A stretch of 64,000 bases of DNA. Source: a virus (taxonomy: Duplodnaviria; Caudoviricetes). Where the stretch lies: positions 32,001-96,000 of IMG/VR virus record IMGVR_UViG_3300025986_000001. One strand, written 5' to 3'. Below are positions 55,154 to 63,455 of this stretch, piece after piece. The first letter of the stretch is position 1. Every line of letters starts with the position of its first letter. Both the position numbers and the translations under genes were made by a program. The notes under the pieces were generated by a model. It made no database searches and was not told where the DNA came from. It saw only the letters and a list, made by a program, of their open reading frames with translations.

Positions 55154-55753
55154 ATGAAGGAGAATACTGTGCCCGACATGACCGAGGTTCTCAGCCGATC
55201 CTGCCTCGGGCTCGACGAGCCCGTCCGTGACGCCCTCGAGCAGGGCCGCACGGTCCGCTCACGCAACCGCGACGGCGAGTACGCCGTCGTCCTCACCGAC
55301 GACCCCGTCTTCCGCGAGCCGGTAGATCACATTCGGGGGATCGCCGACCAGCGCGCTGACTGGACCATCGTCGTGCCCACCTTCACTCTCCACAACGTGG
55401 CCCAGGCCGAGGCCGATGGCGACCCTCATCTGAGTTTCTGGGCGCCGGTCCTTACCCGCAGCGGCAACCGAATCGGCTCCATGCGGGTCAGCGCCTCCCC
55501 GTACGCCAACACCATGACCGACCAGGGCATGGTGCAGACCCGGTTCGTCTTCCTCTCGACGCTGCGCACCGGCGACCTGTTCCGCGAGTCCGTCGGTGAC
55601 GACGCTGGCCGGGCCATCCTCCTGCGCGCCGTCACGGACGCCGATGACAGAGGCCGCCTCGAGGCTGAGACGGTCGGCGGCCGCGAGCAGTACGTGTTCG
55701 ACCTCGGCCTCGACTACCTCGCGTCCAAGGTCGTTGAGGGCCCCCGTCGATGA
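55154..55753 (+). CDS. Hypothetical protein
   Basis: AAGGAG RBS; true start possibly 55169. Confidence 0.7.
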   Translation: MKENTVPDMTEVLSRSCLGLDEPVRDALEQGRTVRSRNRDGEYAVVLTDDPVFREPVDHIRGIADQRADWTIVVPTFTLHNVAQAEADGDPHLSFWAPVLTRSGNRIGSMRVSASPYANTMTDQGMVQTRFVFLSTLRTGDLFRESVGDDAGRAILLRAVTDADDRGRLEAETVGGREQYVFDLGLDYLASKVVEGPRR

Positions 55754-55944
55754 GCGCCGCGGAGAACATCGCGCACTTCGCCAAGGGCGCCGCCGGTGCC
55801 GCAGCGATCATCACCGGCATCTGCATCCACCAGTCGCTCGCCGCCGACCATGCCCGCGCGAACGCCCCGGCGCCCGCCGAAACACTGATCCCCTGCGAGG
55901 TGCGCGACGGCATTCTCGTCTGCGACGGGCGGCCCACCCGATGA
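55750..55944 (+). CDS. Small protein
   Basis: Coupled. Confidence 0.55.
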   Translation: MSAAENIAHFAKGAAGAAAIITGICIHQSLAADHARANAPAPAETLIPCEVRDGILVCDGRPTR

Positions 55945-56174
55945 GCGCCGCTTTCGGCCTGGACTCGACCGGCGATCAACCGGCCATCTGGAGCCTGGTC
56001 CTCAATGCCGTCGCCACCGGGCAGCCTGACCTCGCCGGCTACCTCTTCTACGACCTGTCCATGTACGGCGAGGCCGACCGGCTGCAGGTGGCTTACCTCT
56101 GGGGCGGTGACCAGCTCCGCGGCCGGCTGGTTGCCCTGATGGATGAGCTCGAACCGCTGGTCAGCCCGATCTAA
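55941..56174 (+). CDS. Small protein
   Basis: Coupled. Confidence 0.55.
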   Translation: MSAAFGLDSTGDQPAIWSLVLNAVATGQPDLAGYLFYDLSMYGEADRLQVAYLWGGDQLRGRLVALMDELEPLVSPI

Positions 56175-56183
56175 CCAAGAGGA

Positions 56184-56393
56184 GTGACCATGAACCTGGT
56201 TGCAAGAGTGGGTGTAACTCCGGAGCAGTACGCGCTCGTGATGCGTCAGGAACGCGACGCGCTTATCAGCGCCTGGCACAACGGCATTATTGAAAAGTCG
56301 ATCGAGGGGGTGGTTGCGCTGCTTAACGCCCGGATCAAGGGCCTGGGCATCGAGACGACCAGCTTTGACGCGTTCGACGACCTGCATCGCTGA
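56184..56393 (+). CDS. Small protein
   Basis: GAGGAG RBS. Confidence 0.6.
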   Translation: MTMNLVARVGVTPEQYALVMRQERDALISAWHNGIIEKSIEGVVALLNARIKGLGIETTSFDAFDDLHR

Positions 56394-56441
56394 CCTGCGC
56401 AAACGCCCGCATCCTACCTTTGGAGCGGTGACCGGCTCCAG

Positions 56442-56491
56442 GGAAACAGAACAACCCGGGTTGCTGGTGGACCCCGGGTTGTTCTGTTTCC
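56442..56491. terminator. Inverted repeat terminator
   Basis: ggaaacagaacaacccggg / cccgggttgttctgtttcc. Confidence 0.75.
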
Positions 56492-56879
56492 TGCGCTACA
56501 TCACTGACTGGACACCGCGGCCTAGCCGCGCCTCAGGATACCGGCATCGCCGCCTGAGCCCGGCGCCAGAACGGGTTGTTCCGCCCTTCGGGATTCCAGG
56601 CTGGGTTGCAGATCTCGCAGCAACACCAGCAGCTGGAGACCGGCGGCGACCCGGCATCCACCACCGGTATCCGGAACCGGTTCGGCCGTAGCGGCTTACC
56701 CCGGTCCTGGCCGTGGTCGGTGTCGTGCCAGCGCTGCGCGCGCCCGGCTTGCATCCCCATGGCCGGGAAGGCTACGCGCCGAGCGGGTGACACCGCCTCC
56801 AAAATCGCGCGCTCGCGCCGGTGGCGGCCGGTAGGCTGGCCCGGCTTTCTCAAACTGAAGATCAGGAGTATCGGCTCGC

Positions 56880-57632
56880 ATGGCCTCACCCACCACTGCA
56901 CTGAACCAGATTCTCGCCGTCCGTGACGGCGTTCGCGAAGACACCCGGCGTGGCGTCACCGAACTGCACCGTGAGGTTGTCAAGGCGCCGCGATTGTCCG
57001 GGATCGCCCGCACCTACGAGAAGATCAACGACGCGGAACCCGACCTGCCCAGCGAGTCCACCCGCGTGCAGCTGGTCGCCGCCGACATCCTGCGCCAGAT
57101 CTGCACGAAGCTCGCCAGGCTGTTCGACGTGACCGCGGCGATGGACTGGACGAACCAGATCGCCAAGGCCGACATCGTCGTCGACGGCGAGGCCCTCGCC
57201 CGGGACGTGCCGGCCACCTACCTGCTGTTCCTGGCCAAGCAGCTCGAGGACGTCGAGACCATCGTGCGCAAGTTGCCGGTGCTCGACCCCTCCGAGACCT
57301 GGACCTGGAACGAGGCCGCCGGCGCCTGGGCGGCCGAGCCGGTCAAGACGACCCGCACCACGAAGGTCCCCCGCAACCATGTCCTGGCCGCGGCCACCGA
57401 CAAGCACGCCGCCCAGGTGCAGATGTACACCGAGGACGTCATCGTCGGCTACTGGCGGACCACGAAGTTCTCCGGCGCCATGCAGGCCGACCAGGTCGAC
57501 AGGCTGATCGAGCGGCTGACCAAGTTGTCCGACGCCGTGAAGTTCGCCCGCGAGCGCGCCAACATGACCGAGGTGATCGACCCGAAGCCCGGCGCCGCCC
57601 TGCTCGGTTACCTGCTTACCGACCTGCGGTAG
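56880..57632 (+). CDS. 250-aa protein of unknown function, candidate partner of the downstream ncRNA
   Basis: AGGAG RBS, strong GC3 bias; LNQILAV, LSGIARTY, VPATYLLFL, KFSGA. Confidence 0.85.
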   Translation: MASPTTALNQILAVRDGVREDTRRGVTELHREVVKAPRLSGIARTYEKINDAEPDLPSESTRVQLVAADILRQICTKLARLFDVTAAMDWTNQIAKADIVVDGEALARDVPATYLLFLAKQLEDVETIVRKLPVLDPSETWTWNEAAGAWAAEPVKTTRTTKVPRNHVLAAATDKHAAQVQMYTEDVIVGYWRTTKFSGAMQADQVDRLIERLTKLSDAVKFARERANMTEVIDPKPGAALLGYLLTDLR

Positions 57633-57671
57633 GGTCCCCAGATGTCCCGCCGCGCATGACGTGCGGCGGGC

Positions 57672-58043
57672 GAGCACAAAACTGAATATCAAGATCAGCC
57701 TGAAAGCACACCCCGTGACACAGTGCAGGTTCGATCCCTGCCCCCGGCTCCACCTGCCGGGGTAGCCCAATGGCAGAGGCGGCGGGGCGCGTCTTAAGAC
57801 TCAAGCTCGCGCTCAAAACTCAACACGAAGGGCCCCGGCGACCCGGTCTACCAGTCCAGGCAACCCCGCACGATGCTGGTTCGAGTCCAGCTCCGGCCTC
57901 CAAACATGGCCGGATAGGTTAATGGCAAACCCTGCGGACCTCAAGCTGACCTGCGACTTTAAACGTACGGGCGCTCGAGACGGGCCAACTCACATACCGT
58001 GATCACTTTAAGAGCCGGCCGGGAAGGGTATCCCGGCCGGCTC
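57672..58043 (+). ncRNA. Candidate ncRNA with two circularly permuted tRNA-like domains and hexamer tracts
   Basis: Order T-arm, 3' acceptor, UCCA, linker, 5' acceptor, D-arm at 57711-57787 and 57866-57937. Confidence 0.8.
58012..58043 (+). terminator. Hairpin closing the ncRNA
   Basis: gagccggccggga / tcccggccggctc; related hairpin at 58776-58808. Confidence 0.75.
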
Positions 58044-58113
58044 GCCTAATCATTTACGCTGCTATATAGACCAAAGTCCCGCCGCCGCGGGCGTGAGAGA
58101 CAAGAGGAACCTG

Positions 58114-58737
58114 ATGACAGAGATCAAGCACGATTTCCGGATGGCTTTTAGCGCCGACTGCGAATTGATCGCGCTGGGCTACTTCCTGCATCGCCGGGGC
58201 CTGCTCGCTACCGGTGCCATCGACGAGATCGATGAGATCCTGGACCGTCAACCCGGTGCGGTCGACGTGCACGCCTACTCCTTCAAGCTGATGCTCGGCC
58301 TGGGTTGCGAGCGCATCACCGTTTTCGACGGCCCACTGGTGACCGAGCCGGAACCGTACGGCAGCTGGCTGGAGGCCGTGACTCGTCGCAGCCCGGAGAG
58401 CGTACGCCAGGTCAACGAGGCGCAGCTGCAGGCACTGCATGCAGCTGCCTGTGTCAGTATGCAGGCCATCAGCGAGGTCTACCAGCGGCACCGTGAAAGC
58501 TTCATTCACCAGCATCGACCGGTAAGCCAGGCCGACATCGACACGATGCTGGCTGACGAGCGTCACATCTTTACTGTGCAGACCTGTGATGCAGACAACA
58601 TCGTGGGGGCGGTCAGCGGAACGATCGCCCCGCGCCGTTATCGGGCGTACGAGATGTTCAGGGGCGAGTTCGAGGCTGACCCGGACATCTTCCGGTCTCA
58701 CAATGGCCTGGCGCTGCTGGGTTGGCGCCTGCCATAA
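58114..58737 (+). CDS. Hypothetical protein
   Basis: GAGGA RBS after the CCCGC motif. Confidence 0.65.
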   Translation: MTEIKHDFRMAFSADCELIALGYFLHRRGLLATGAIDEIDEILDRQPGAVDVHAYSFKLMLGLGCERITVFDGPLVTEPEPYGSWLEAVTRRSPESVRQVNEAQLQALHAAACVSMQAISEVYQRHRESFIHQHRPVSQADIDTMLADERHIFTVQTCDADNIVGAVSGTIAPRRYRAYEMFRGEFEADPDIFRSHNGLALLGWRLP

Positions 58738-58822
58738 CCCCCCCCCACTCCCGCAAGCGCGGGCATGAAAGATCAGATCCGGCCGGGATAGGGTATCCCG
58801 GCCGGATCGCCTTATCGCTCGG

Positions 58823-58894
58823 TAGCGGCCCCCGGTCTCGAACCGGGCCAGGCGCCCGTATGAAAGGCGCTGAGCGCCGGTGCTCCCGGCCGCC
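58823..58894 (-). tRNA. tRNA (CAT), Met or Ile2, atypical D-arm
   Basis: Cloverleaf, anticodon loop TTCATAC. Confidence 0.6.
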
Positions 58895-58929
58895 GAGCAC
58901 ACACAGCGGAACGGCACGCAACTCGAAAG

Positions 58930-59002
58930 AAGCCTCGGGCGGACTCGAACCGCTACCACCCGCTTTGCAGGCGAGGCGCCGCACCAGCGACGAGCCGAGG
59001 CC
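58930..59002 (-). tRNA. tRNA-Cys (GCA)
   Basis: Loop CTGCAAA, U73. Confidence 0.75.
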
Positions 59003-59007
59003 ATGCG

Positions 59008-59080
59008 CGCCCTCAAGGGGGATCGAACCCCTGACCTTCCGCTCCGGAGGCGGACGCTCTATCCACTGAGCTACAAGGGC
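59008..59080 (-). tRNA. tRNA-Arg (CCG)
   Basis: Cloverleaf. Confidence 0.9.
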
Positions 59081-59418
59081 AACAACTGCCGCCGGCCACG
59101 GTCGTGCGGCCGCTCGGCATACCGCCGGCGCGCCGAACGCCGCCGGCCGAACTGCGACTTCGCATCCGCCAAGGTCCGCGGGCGCTGGCCGGGGCCGGAG
59201 CATCCGCAGGAGAAGAACAACAGGCCCGCAGCTGCCAGTATCTCCAGCTTGCGCCACTGCGCCAGATCGGCGTGTCGCGGCGCGTGGAAATCCCGACCCA
59301 TCCGGATCATCGGCTGCCGACACCGGCGGCAATCCTGCGGGAGGTAGTCCTTCACCGAACGCCGGCAGAGCAGACAAGCCCAGTGATCCCGATACCGGTC
59401 GAACATGTACCTGCACAT
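59071..59418 (-). CDS. Small zinc-binding protein
   Basis: ACLLCRRS...CRRC..PM..MGRDFHAPR...QWRKL; stop lies inside tRNA-Arg. Confidence 0.75.
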   Translation of the reverse strand: MCRYMFDRYRDHWACLLCRRSVKDYLPQDCRRCRQPMIRMGRDFHAPRHADLAQWRKLEILAAAGLLFFSCGCSGPGQRPRTLADAKSQFGRRRSARRRYAERPHDRGRRQLLPL

Positions 59419-59443
59419 CGCGGCCTCCGTGACCTCGTAGGCG

Positions 59444-59526
59444 TGCCCCTCCCCGGACTTGAACCAGGCATGCGCGCAGCGCGGCGGCTTTACAGGCCGC
59501 TGGACGACCACCCGTCCACGAGAGGC
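59444..59526 (-). tRNA. tRNA-Tyr (GTA)
   Basis: Long variable arm. Confidence 0.8.
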
Positions 59527-59527
59527 A

Positions 59528-59603
59528 TGGGGTGACTGGCGGGACTTGAACCCGCGACGACCGGTACCACAAACCGGCGCTCTACCAGCTGAGCTACAGC
59601 CAC
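59528..59603 (-). tRNA. tRNA-His (GTG)
   Basis: Cloverleaf with CCA. Confidence 0.9.
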
Positions 59604-59605
59604 AG

Positions 59606-59677
59606 TGCCCGAACCGGGGATCGAACCCGGTGCCTCCGCTGTGTGAAAGCGGCGCTCTCCCGATGAGCTATACGGGC
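59606..59677 (-). tRNA. tRNA-Val (CAC)
   Basis: Cloverleaf. Confidence 0.85.
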
Positions 59678-59916
59678 AAGGACGCGGAATCCGCGAGGTC
59701 CAAGATCCCAATCTCGTAGGCGACCTTCACCAGGTTGGCGCGGTTCAGCGCGCCGACCTTGGCCTTGATCCTGGCGATCTGCGTGCTGACGGTGCGCACC
59801 GTCGTCTCGAGCTGCGCGGCGATGTCCTCGTCACGCAGCCCGGCGGCGACCAGCCCGACGATCCGGGCCTCCCACGGCGTCACCACCGGTTTCCGGTAAC
59901 TGCCGTATCCGGTCAC
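59668..59916 (-). CDS. LuxR-type HTH protein
   Basis: TPWEARIVGLVAAG...IAAQL..TVRTV...KVGALNR. Confidence 0.85.
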   Translation of the reverse strand: MTGYGSYRKPVVTPWEARIVGLVAAGLRDEDIAAQLETTVRTVSTQIARIKAKVGALNRANLVKVAYEIGILDLADSASLPV

Positions 59917-59944
59917 TTTTTCAAGCCTCCTGATTTCGGATGCG

Positions 59945-60018
59945 CTCCCCCGGCTGGACTCGAACCAGCACCTCCCGGATTAACAATCCAGTGCTCTACC
60001 CAATTAAGCCACGAGGGA
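59945..60018 (-). tRNA. tRNA-Asn (GTT)
   Basis: Cloverleaf. Confidence 0.85.
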
Positions 60019-60028
60019 AAGTAAGCTG

Positions 60029-60101
60029 TAGGGCCGACGGGACTTGAACCCGCAATTCCCGGGTTGAAAGCCCGGTCGACTCTGCATTCGTCCACGACCC
60101 C
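60029..60101 (-). tRNA. tRNA-Glu (TTC)
   Basis: Loop CTTTCAA. Confidence 0.8.
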
Positions 60102-60110
60102 ATGAATACG

Positions 60111-60183
60111 TGTCTAGGGAGGGGTATCGAACCCCCGGCCTTCCGCTTGTCGAGCGGACGCTCTTCCACTGAGCTACCCGGAC
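60111..60183 (-). tRNA. tRNA-Val (GAC), irregular acceptor stem
   Basis: Loop TCGACAA. Confidence 0.65.
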
Positions 60184-60184
60184 C

Positions 60185-60260
60185 TGGTGGGCCGCCTGGG
60201 GCTCGAACCCAGAACCTACGGATTAAAAGTCCGCAGCTCTATCCATTGAGCTAGCGGCCC
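60185..60260 (-). tRNA. tRNA-Lys (TTT)
   Basis: Cloverleaf with CCA. Confidence 0.92.
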
Positions 60261-60264
60261 ATAG

Positions 60265-60338
60265 TGTCCCCGGGCGGACTCGAACCGCCAGCCTGCGGTT
60301 TAGGAAACCGCTGCTCTATCCGATTGAGCTACGAGGAC
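60265..60338 (-). tRNA. tRNA-Arg (CCT)
   Basis: Cloverleaf. Confidence 0.9.
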
Positions 60339-60550
60339 ACGTCTTTGACGCGTGTGAGACCGGCGATAATGTAGGCCCGACTGAGCTCGGAGGGGGTTGT
60401 CCCCTGTCGGACCGCCTCGGCCTCCAGGGCCTCGGACCATTCGGCGGGAAGCCTCACGGAGTGCACCACCTTGATGCTGGGGCGGTCGTAGACTACTTCC
60501 GCGCCGGCCCAATCCTGGCTCCTGAGTACGGCTTGAGCGTCATCGGTCAT
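60329..60550 (-). CDS. Ribbon-helix-helix-like protein
   Basis: VVHSVRLP...LEAEA..QGTTPSELSR; stop lies inside tRNA-Arg. Confidence 0.7.
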   Translation of the reverse strand: MTDDAQAVLRSQDWAGAEVVYDRPSIKVVHSVRLPAEWSEALEAEAVRQGTTPSELSRAYIIAGLTRVKDVSS

Positions 60551-60566
60551 GACCTGCGATGATACG

Positions 60567-60641
60567 TCCGCCGTGAGGGATTCGAACCCCCGACCCTCGC
60601 ATTAAGAGTGCGCAGCTCCGACCAGACTGAGCTAACGGCGG
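60567..60641 (-). tRNA. tRNA-Lys (CTT)
   Basis: Cloverleaf. Confidence 0.85.
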
Positions 60642-60642
60642 T

Positions 60643-60732
60643 TGGCGGAGAGTTGAGGAGTCGAACCCCCGCCGCTTACGCGACCCCACCGGTTTTCAAG
60701 ACCGGGCGCAGGCCATCCCCGCGGAACCCTCC
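60643..60732 (-). tRNA. tRNA-Ser (TGA)
   Basis: Long variable arm, CCA. Confidence 0.85.
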
Positions 60733-60737
60733 ATGAG

Positions 60738-60811
60738 TCGGGTATGCCGGATTTGAACCGGCGACCTCTCGCTCCCGAAGCGAGCGCGCTACCAAGCTGC
60801 GCTAATACCCG
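60738..60811 (-). tRNA. tRNA-Pro (CGG)
   Basis: Cloverleaf. Confidence 0.9.
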
Positions 60812-60905
60812 GGCGTGTCGCAACCCGCTGACTTCCCACCCGGGGCGCTATTCCCGGACTTCCGGTCCCATTTGTCCGGGCGTGCGCTTCTCACTCGTGG
60901 TACTG

Positions 60906-60978
60906 CGCCCCTGAGGGGACTCGAACCCCTAACATCCGGATCCGTAATCCGGCGCTCTATCCATTGAGCTACACGGGC
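60906..60978 (-). tRNA. tRNA-Arg (ACG)
   Basis: Cloverleaf. Confidence 0.9.
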
Positions 60979-60982
60979 AAGT

Positions 60983-61123
60983 TCAAAACGTTCCCAGCCT
61001 CGGTGGTCCCGCCCGCCGGGCCCATTCCTTGACAAGCATGCCGATCATGTAGCCGCCCCACCAGATGCCTACCGGCGAAGTTCCGAGAAGCAGGATGAAG
61101 TCGATGGTCGGGAAGGGGGCCAT
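60983..61123 (-). CDS. 46-aa membrane peptide
   Basis: MAPFPTIDFILLLG...; fills a tRNA spacer. Confidence 0.45.
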   Translation of the reverse strand: MAPFPTIDFILLLGTSPVGIWWGGYMIGMLVKEWARRAGPPRLGTF

Positions 61124-61148
61124 GAGACGGGAGCCTACCCTCAGGCTG

Positions 61149-61222
61149 TGTCGTCGAGTGGGGTCGAACCACTGACCTCAGAGTTATCAGCTCTGCGCTC
61201 TGACCGACTGAGCTACGACGAC
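61149..61222 (-). tRNA. tRNA-Ile (GAT)
   Basis: Cloverleaf. Confidence 0.9.
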
Positions 61223-61225
61223 ATG

Positions 61226-61311
61226 CGGAAGGAGCGGGATTCGAACCCACGCGAGTTTTACCTCTCCGGTTTAGCAAACCGGCGCCATTGACCAGACTAG
61301 GCGATCCTTCC
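61226..61311 (-). tRNA. tRNA-Ser (GCT)
   Basis: Long variable arm. Confidence 0.9.
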
Positions 61312-61315
61312 AGAG

Positions 61316-61389
61316 CGTCACCGACGGGACTCGAACCCGCGATCTCTTCCTTGACAGGGAAGCGAGCACTCCATCTGCTCTGCGGCGAC
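61316..61389 (-). tRNA. tRNA-Asp (GTC)
   Basis: Cloverleaf. Confidence 0.88.
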
Positions 61390-61390
61390 A

Positions 61391-61467
61391 TGGTGGAGGA
61401 AGGCGGATTTGAACCGCCGGCTTCCCGCTTGCGGAGCGGGCGCTCTGCCGGACTGAGCTATACCCCC
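61391..61467 (-). tRNA. tRNA-Ala (CGC)
   Basis: G3-U70, CCA. Confidence 0.85.
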
Positions 61468-61468
61468 A

Positions 61469-61540
61469 TGGTCGGGAGGCCGGAGTCGAACCGACGTTTC
61501 CGTGTTGCGCACGGCGCGGGTCCTCACCCGCCCTCTCCCG
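61469..61540 (-). tRNA. Aberrant tRNA-like RNA (5-nt anticodon loop, 6-bp D-stem, CCA)
   Basis: T-arm gtcgg-ttcgact-ccggc, ends ACCA. Confidence 0.5.
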
Positions 61541-61644
61541 ATCCCGGTCGCCGCGTGCGTCGCGTCGTTGCCGGGTTCCGCGGTTTCACCCACGCCGCAC
61601 CTCGCCAGGTGTCGAGTAGGGCCGGCCCCACGGCGGGGCATTCG

Positions 61645-61734
61645 TGCGCCTGGGGAGAGTCGAACTCCCACGCGGGTCACCCCGCACTGGTTCCTGAGAC
61701 CAGCGTGTCTACCTCCTGCTTCCACCACAGACGC
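61645..61734 (-). tRNA. tRNA-Leu (CAG)
   Basis: Long variable arm. Confidence 0.88.
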
Positions 61735-61861
61735 GTGCGGTTCTCGGCGAGGGTCAGGCGTACCAGATCGGCCGCGTGCTGCCTCTTCCCAAAGTTCGCG
61801 CTAGCGGTCGGGGACCGTCTGCGCTCTGCGACGCCGGGCCACGCTCCCGGACCGAGAACCG

Positions 61862-61934
61862 AGCCGAAGGGGCGACTTGAACGCCCTACCTGCCGCTTAC
61901 GAGGCGGCTGCTCTACCAGGTGAGCTACATCGGC
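61862..61934 (-). tRNA. tRNA-Thr (CGT)
   Basis: Cloverleaf. Confidence 0.85.
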
Positions 61935-61938
61935 ATGT

Positions 61939-62077
61939 TGGTGGCCGGGGCCGGATTCGAACCGGCGACCTCCTCCTGAGAACCTCACCGGTTGTACACC
62001 CGGGCTCAGCGCGTCCGGCCGGGACCGCGCAGCGAGCAAGAGGCGGAGGTGCTCTGGGCCGCTGAGCTACCTCGGCA
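61939..62077 (-). ncRNA. tRNA-like RNA with a 68-nt structured insert replacing the anticodon loop
   Basis: Intact D- and T-arms, CCA, cctcc/ggagg stem. Confidence 0.75.
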
Positions 62078-62136
62078 CGTTTGTGGACCCCGGCCCGGCT
62101 CTCGCGGGCTGGCAGCATGTCAGCGCAGGGTCAGCG

Positions 62137-62208
62137 CTCCCCGACCAGGATTCGAACCCAGCCCTGCGGAACCAGACTCCGCCGTCCTGCCAGCTAGACC
62201 ATCGGGGA
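62137..62208 (-). tRNA. tRNA-Gln (CTG)
   Basis: Cloverleaf. Confidence 0.85.
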
Positions 62209-62289
62209 TCGGCCTCGCGACGTTCCTGTATCGAGCGCCGCGAGGCAGGTGCCAGGCGCGCCCGCAGCGCTACGGGCGACCTGGGTGAT

Positions 62290-62730
62290 TCAGCGGGCCA
62301 GCGAGGCCCACGTCGGTGCGGCCGGCTTGACGAGCAGCACCATGCCGGCTTCGGCCGGCGTCCGGTCGGCCTTGTGCTGGTTGCACCGGTCGCATGAGGC
62401 GACGGTGTTCTTCCAGCTGTTGCGGCCGCCGCGGGAGCGGGGCTGGATGTGGTCGACCGTGGTGGCCGCGCCGCGGCAGTAGCCGCAGATCCTGCCGTCG
62501 CGCACCATGACGCCCTTGCGGGACCAGGTGGGGCCGGCGGTGTGCCGCCACTTCGTGTACACGTACTTGATCAGCCGCACGACCTTCGGCTTCGGGAAGA
62601 CGCCGATGAGCTTGTCGCTCTCGAACTCGTGCAGCTCGGCGACCTGGCGGACCAGCATCCTGATGGCGTGGCGCAGGCTCACGCGGTGCAGGGGTCCGAG
62701 GTCGGCGTTGACGACCAGAACATCACTCAC
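62290..62730 (-). CDS. HNH endonuclease
   Basis: VLVVNAD, RDGRICGYC, TVDHIQPRSRGG, SCDRCNQHK; AAGGAGG RBS. Confidence 0.92.
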   Translation of the reverse strand: MSDVLVVNADLGPLHRVSLRHAIRMLVRQVAELHEFESDKLIGVFPKPKVVRLIKYVYTKWRHTAGPTWSRKGVMVRDGRICGYCRGAATTVDHIQPRSRGGRNSWKNTVASCDRCNQHKADRTPAEAGMVLLVKPAAPTWASLAR

Positions 62731-62771
62731 CGGGTTCACCTCCTTTATGCGATCAAGATACCGGCGACGAG

Positions 62772-62844
62772 AGCGGCTGACCGGGATCGAACCGGTGACC
62801 TCCGCCTTGGCAAGGCGGCGCGCTACCAGCTGCGCTACAACCGC
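62772..62844 (-). tRNA. tRNA-Gly (GCC)
   Basis: Cloverleaf. Confidence 0.9.
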
Positions 62845-62864
62845 ATGAACTACGGCGGCAGGAG

Positions 62865-62938
62865 AGCCCCGCGGGGGACTCGAACCCCCACTGGACCGCA
62901 TGTTGAGTACGGCGCCTCTACCGTTGGGCTACCAGGGC
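62865..62938 (-). tRNA. tRNA-Leu (CAA), short variable region
   Basis: Loop CTCAACA. Confidence 0.75.
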
Positions 62939-62942
62939 GAAG

Positions 62943-63014
62943 AGCGGACGACGGGAATTGAACCCGCGCAACCAGTTTGGAAGACTGGGACTCTGCCGAT
63001 TGAGCTACATCCGC
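62943..63014 (-). tRNA. tRNA-Gly (TCC)
   Basis: Cloverleaf. Confidence 0.88.
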
Positions 63015-63147
63015 GAGCGTCACAGGGTTGGCGTCGGCCGGGAGTCAAATCCTCTGCGAGCAGGACGGCCGTCCTGGCATCGCTTTCTCGGACCTCGAGT
63101 CAAACGGGATCGCCTTGTGACTGGCGTCCCCGGCGCCGGGGACGTTG

Positions 63148-63223
63148 TAGGCCAGGCCGGATTTGAACCGGCGATCTCCGCCTTGAGAGGGCGGCGAGCA
63201 CTCCAGACTGCTGCCGCTGGCCC
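63148..63223 (-). tRNA. tRNA-Glu (CTC)
   Basis: Cloverleaf. Confidence 0.85.
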
Positions 63224-63276
63224 ATTCGAGCTGCCGCCGGCAGGGGAACACGCCCCTGGTGTTTCTGACGGCAACG

Positions 63277-63350
63277 TGCCCGCGGCCGGTTTCGATCCGG
63301 CGGCCTCTGCCTTTTCAGGGCAGCGCTCTCCCAAACTGAGCTACACGGGC
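63277..63350 (-). tRNA. tRNA-Phe (GAA)
   Basis: Cloverleaf. Confidence 0.88.
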
Positions 63351-63455
63351 GCGAGGTTTTAGCTGGTCGACTTACGCCCTGACGGCGCCCGGCTATCCGG
63401 GTGGACCGTCTGTGGGCCACCCAACGGAAGCCCGGACGGCTCGACCATCGCCAAG

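Noticed and set aside
57672-58043. Ordinary tRNA genes or tmRNA
   Set aside because: The halves are permuted with no anticodon loops, the acceptor stems lack G3-U70, and no clear tag frame is present.
62865-62938. Recoded tRNA (Leu anticodon on a short-arm body)
   Set aside because: Short variable regions are, to my knowledge, normal for actinobacterial tRNA-Leu(CAA/TAA).
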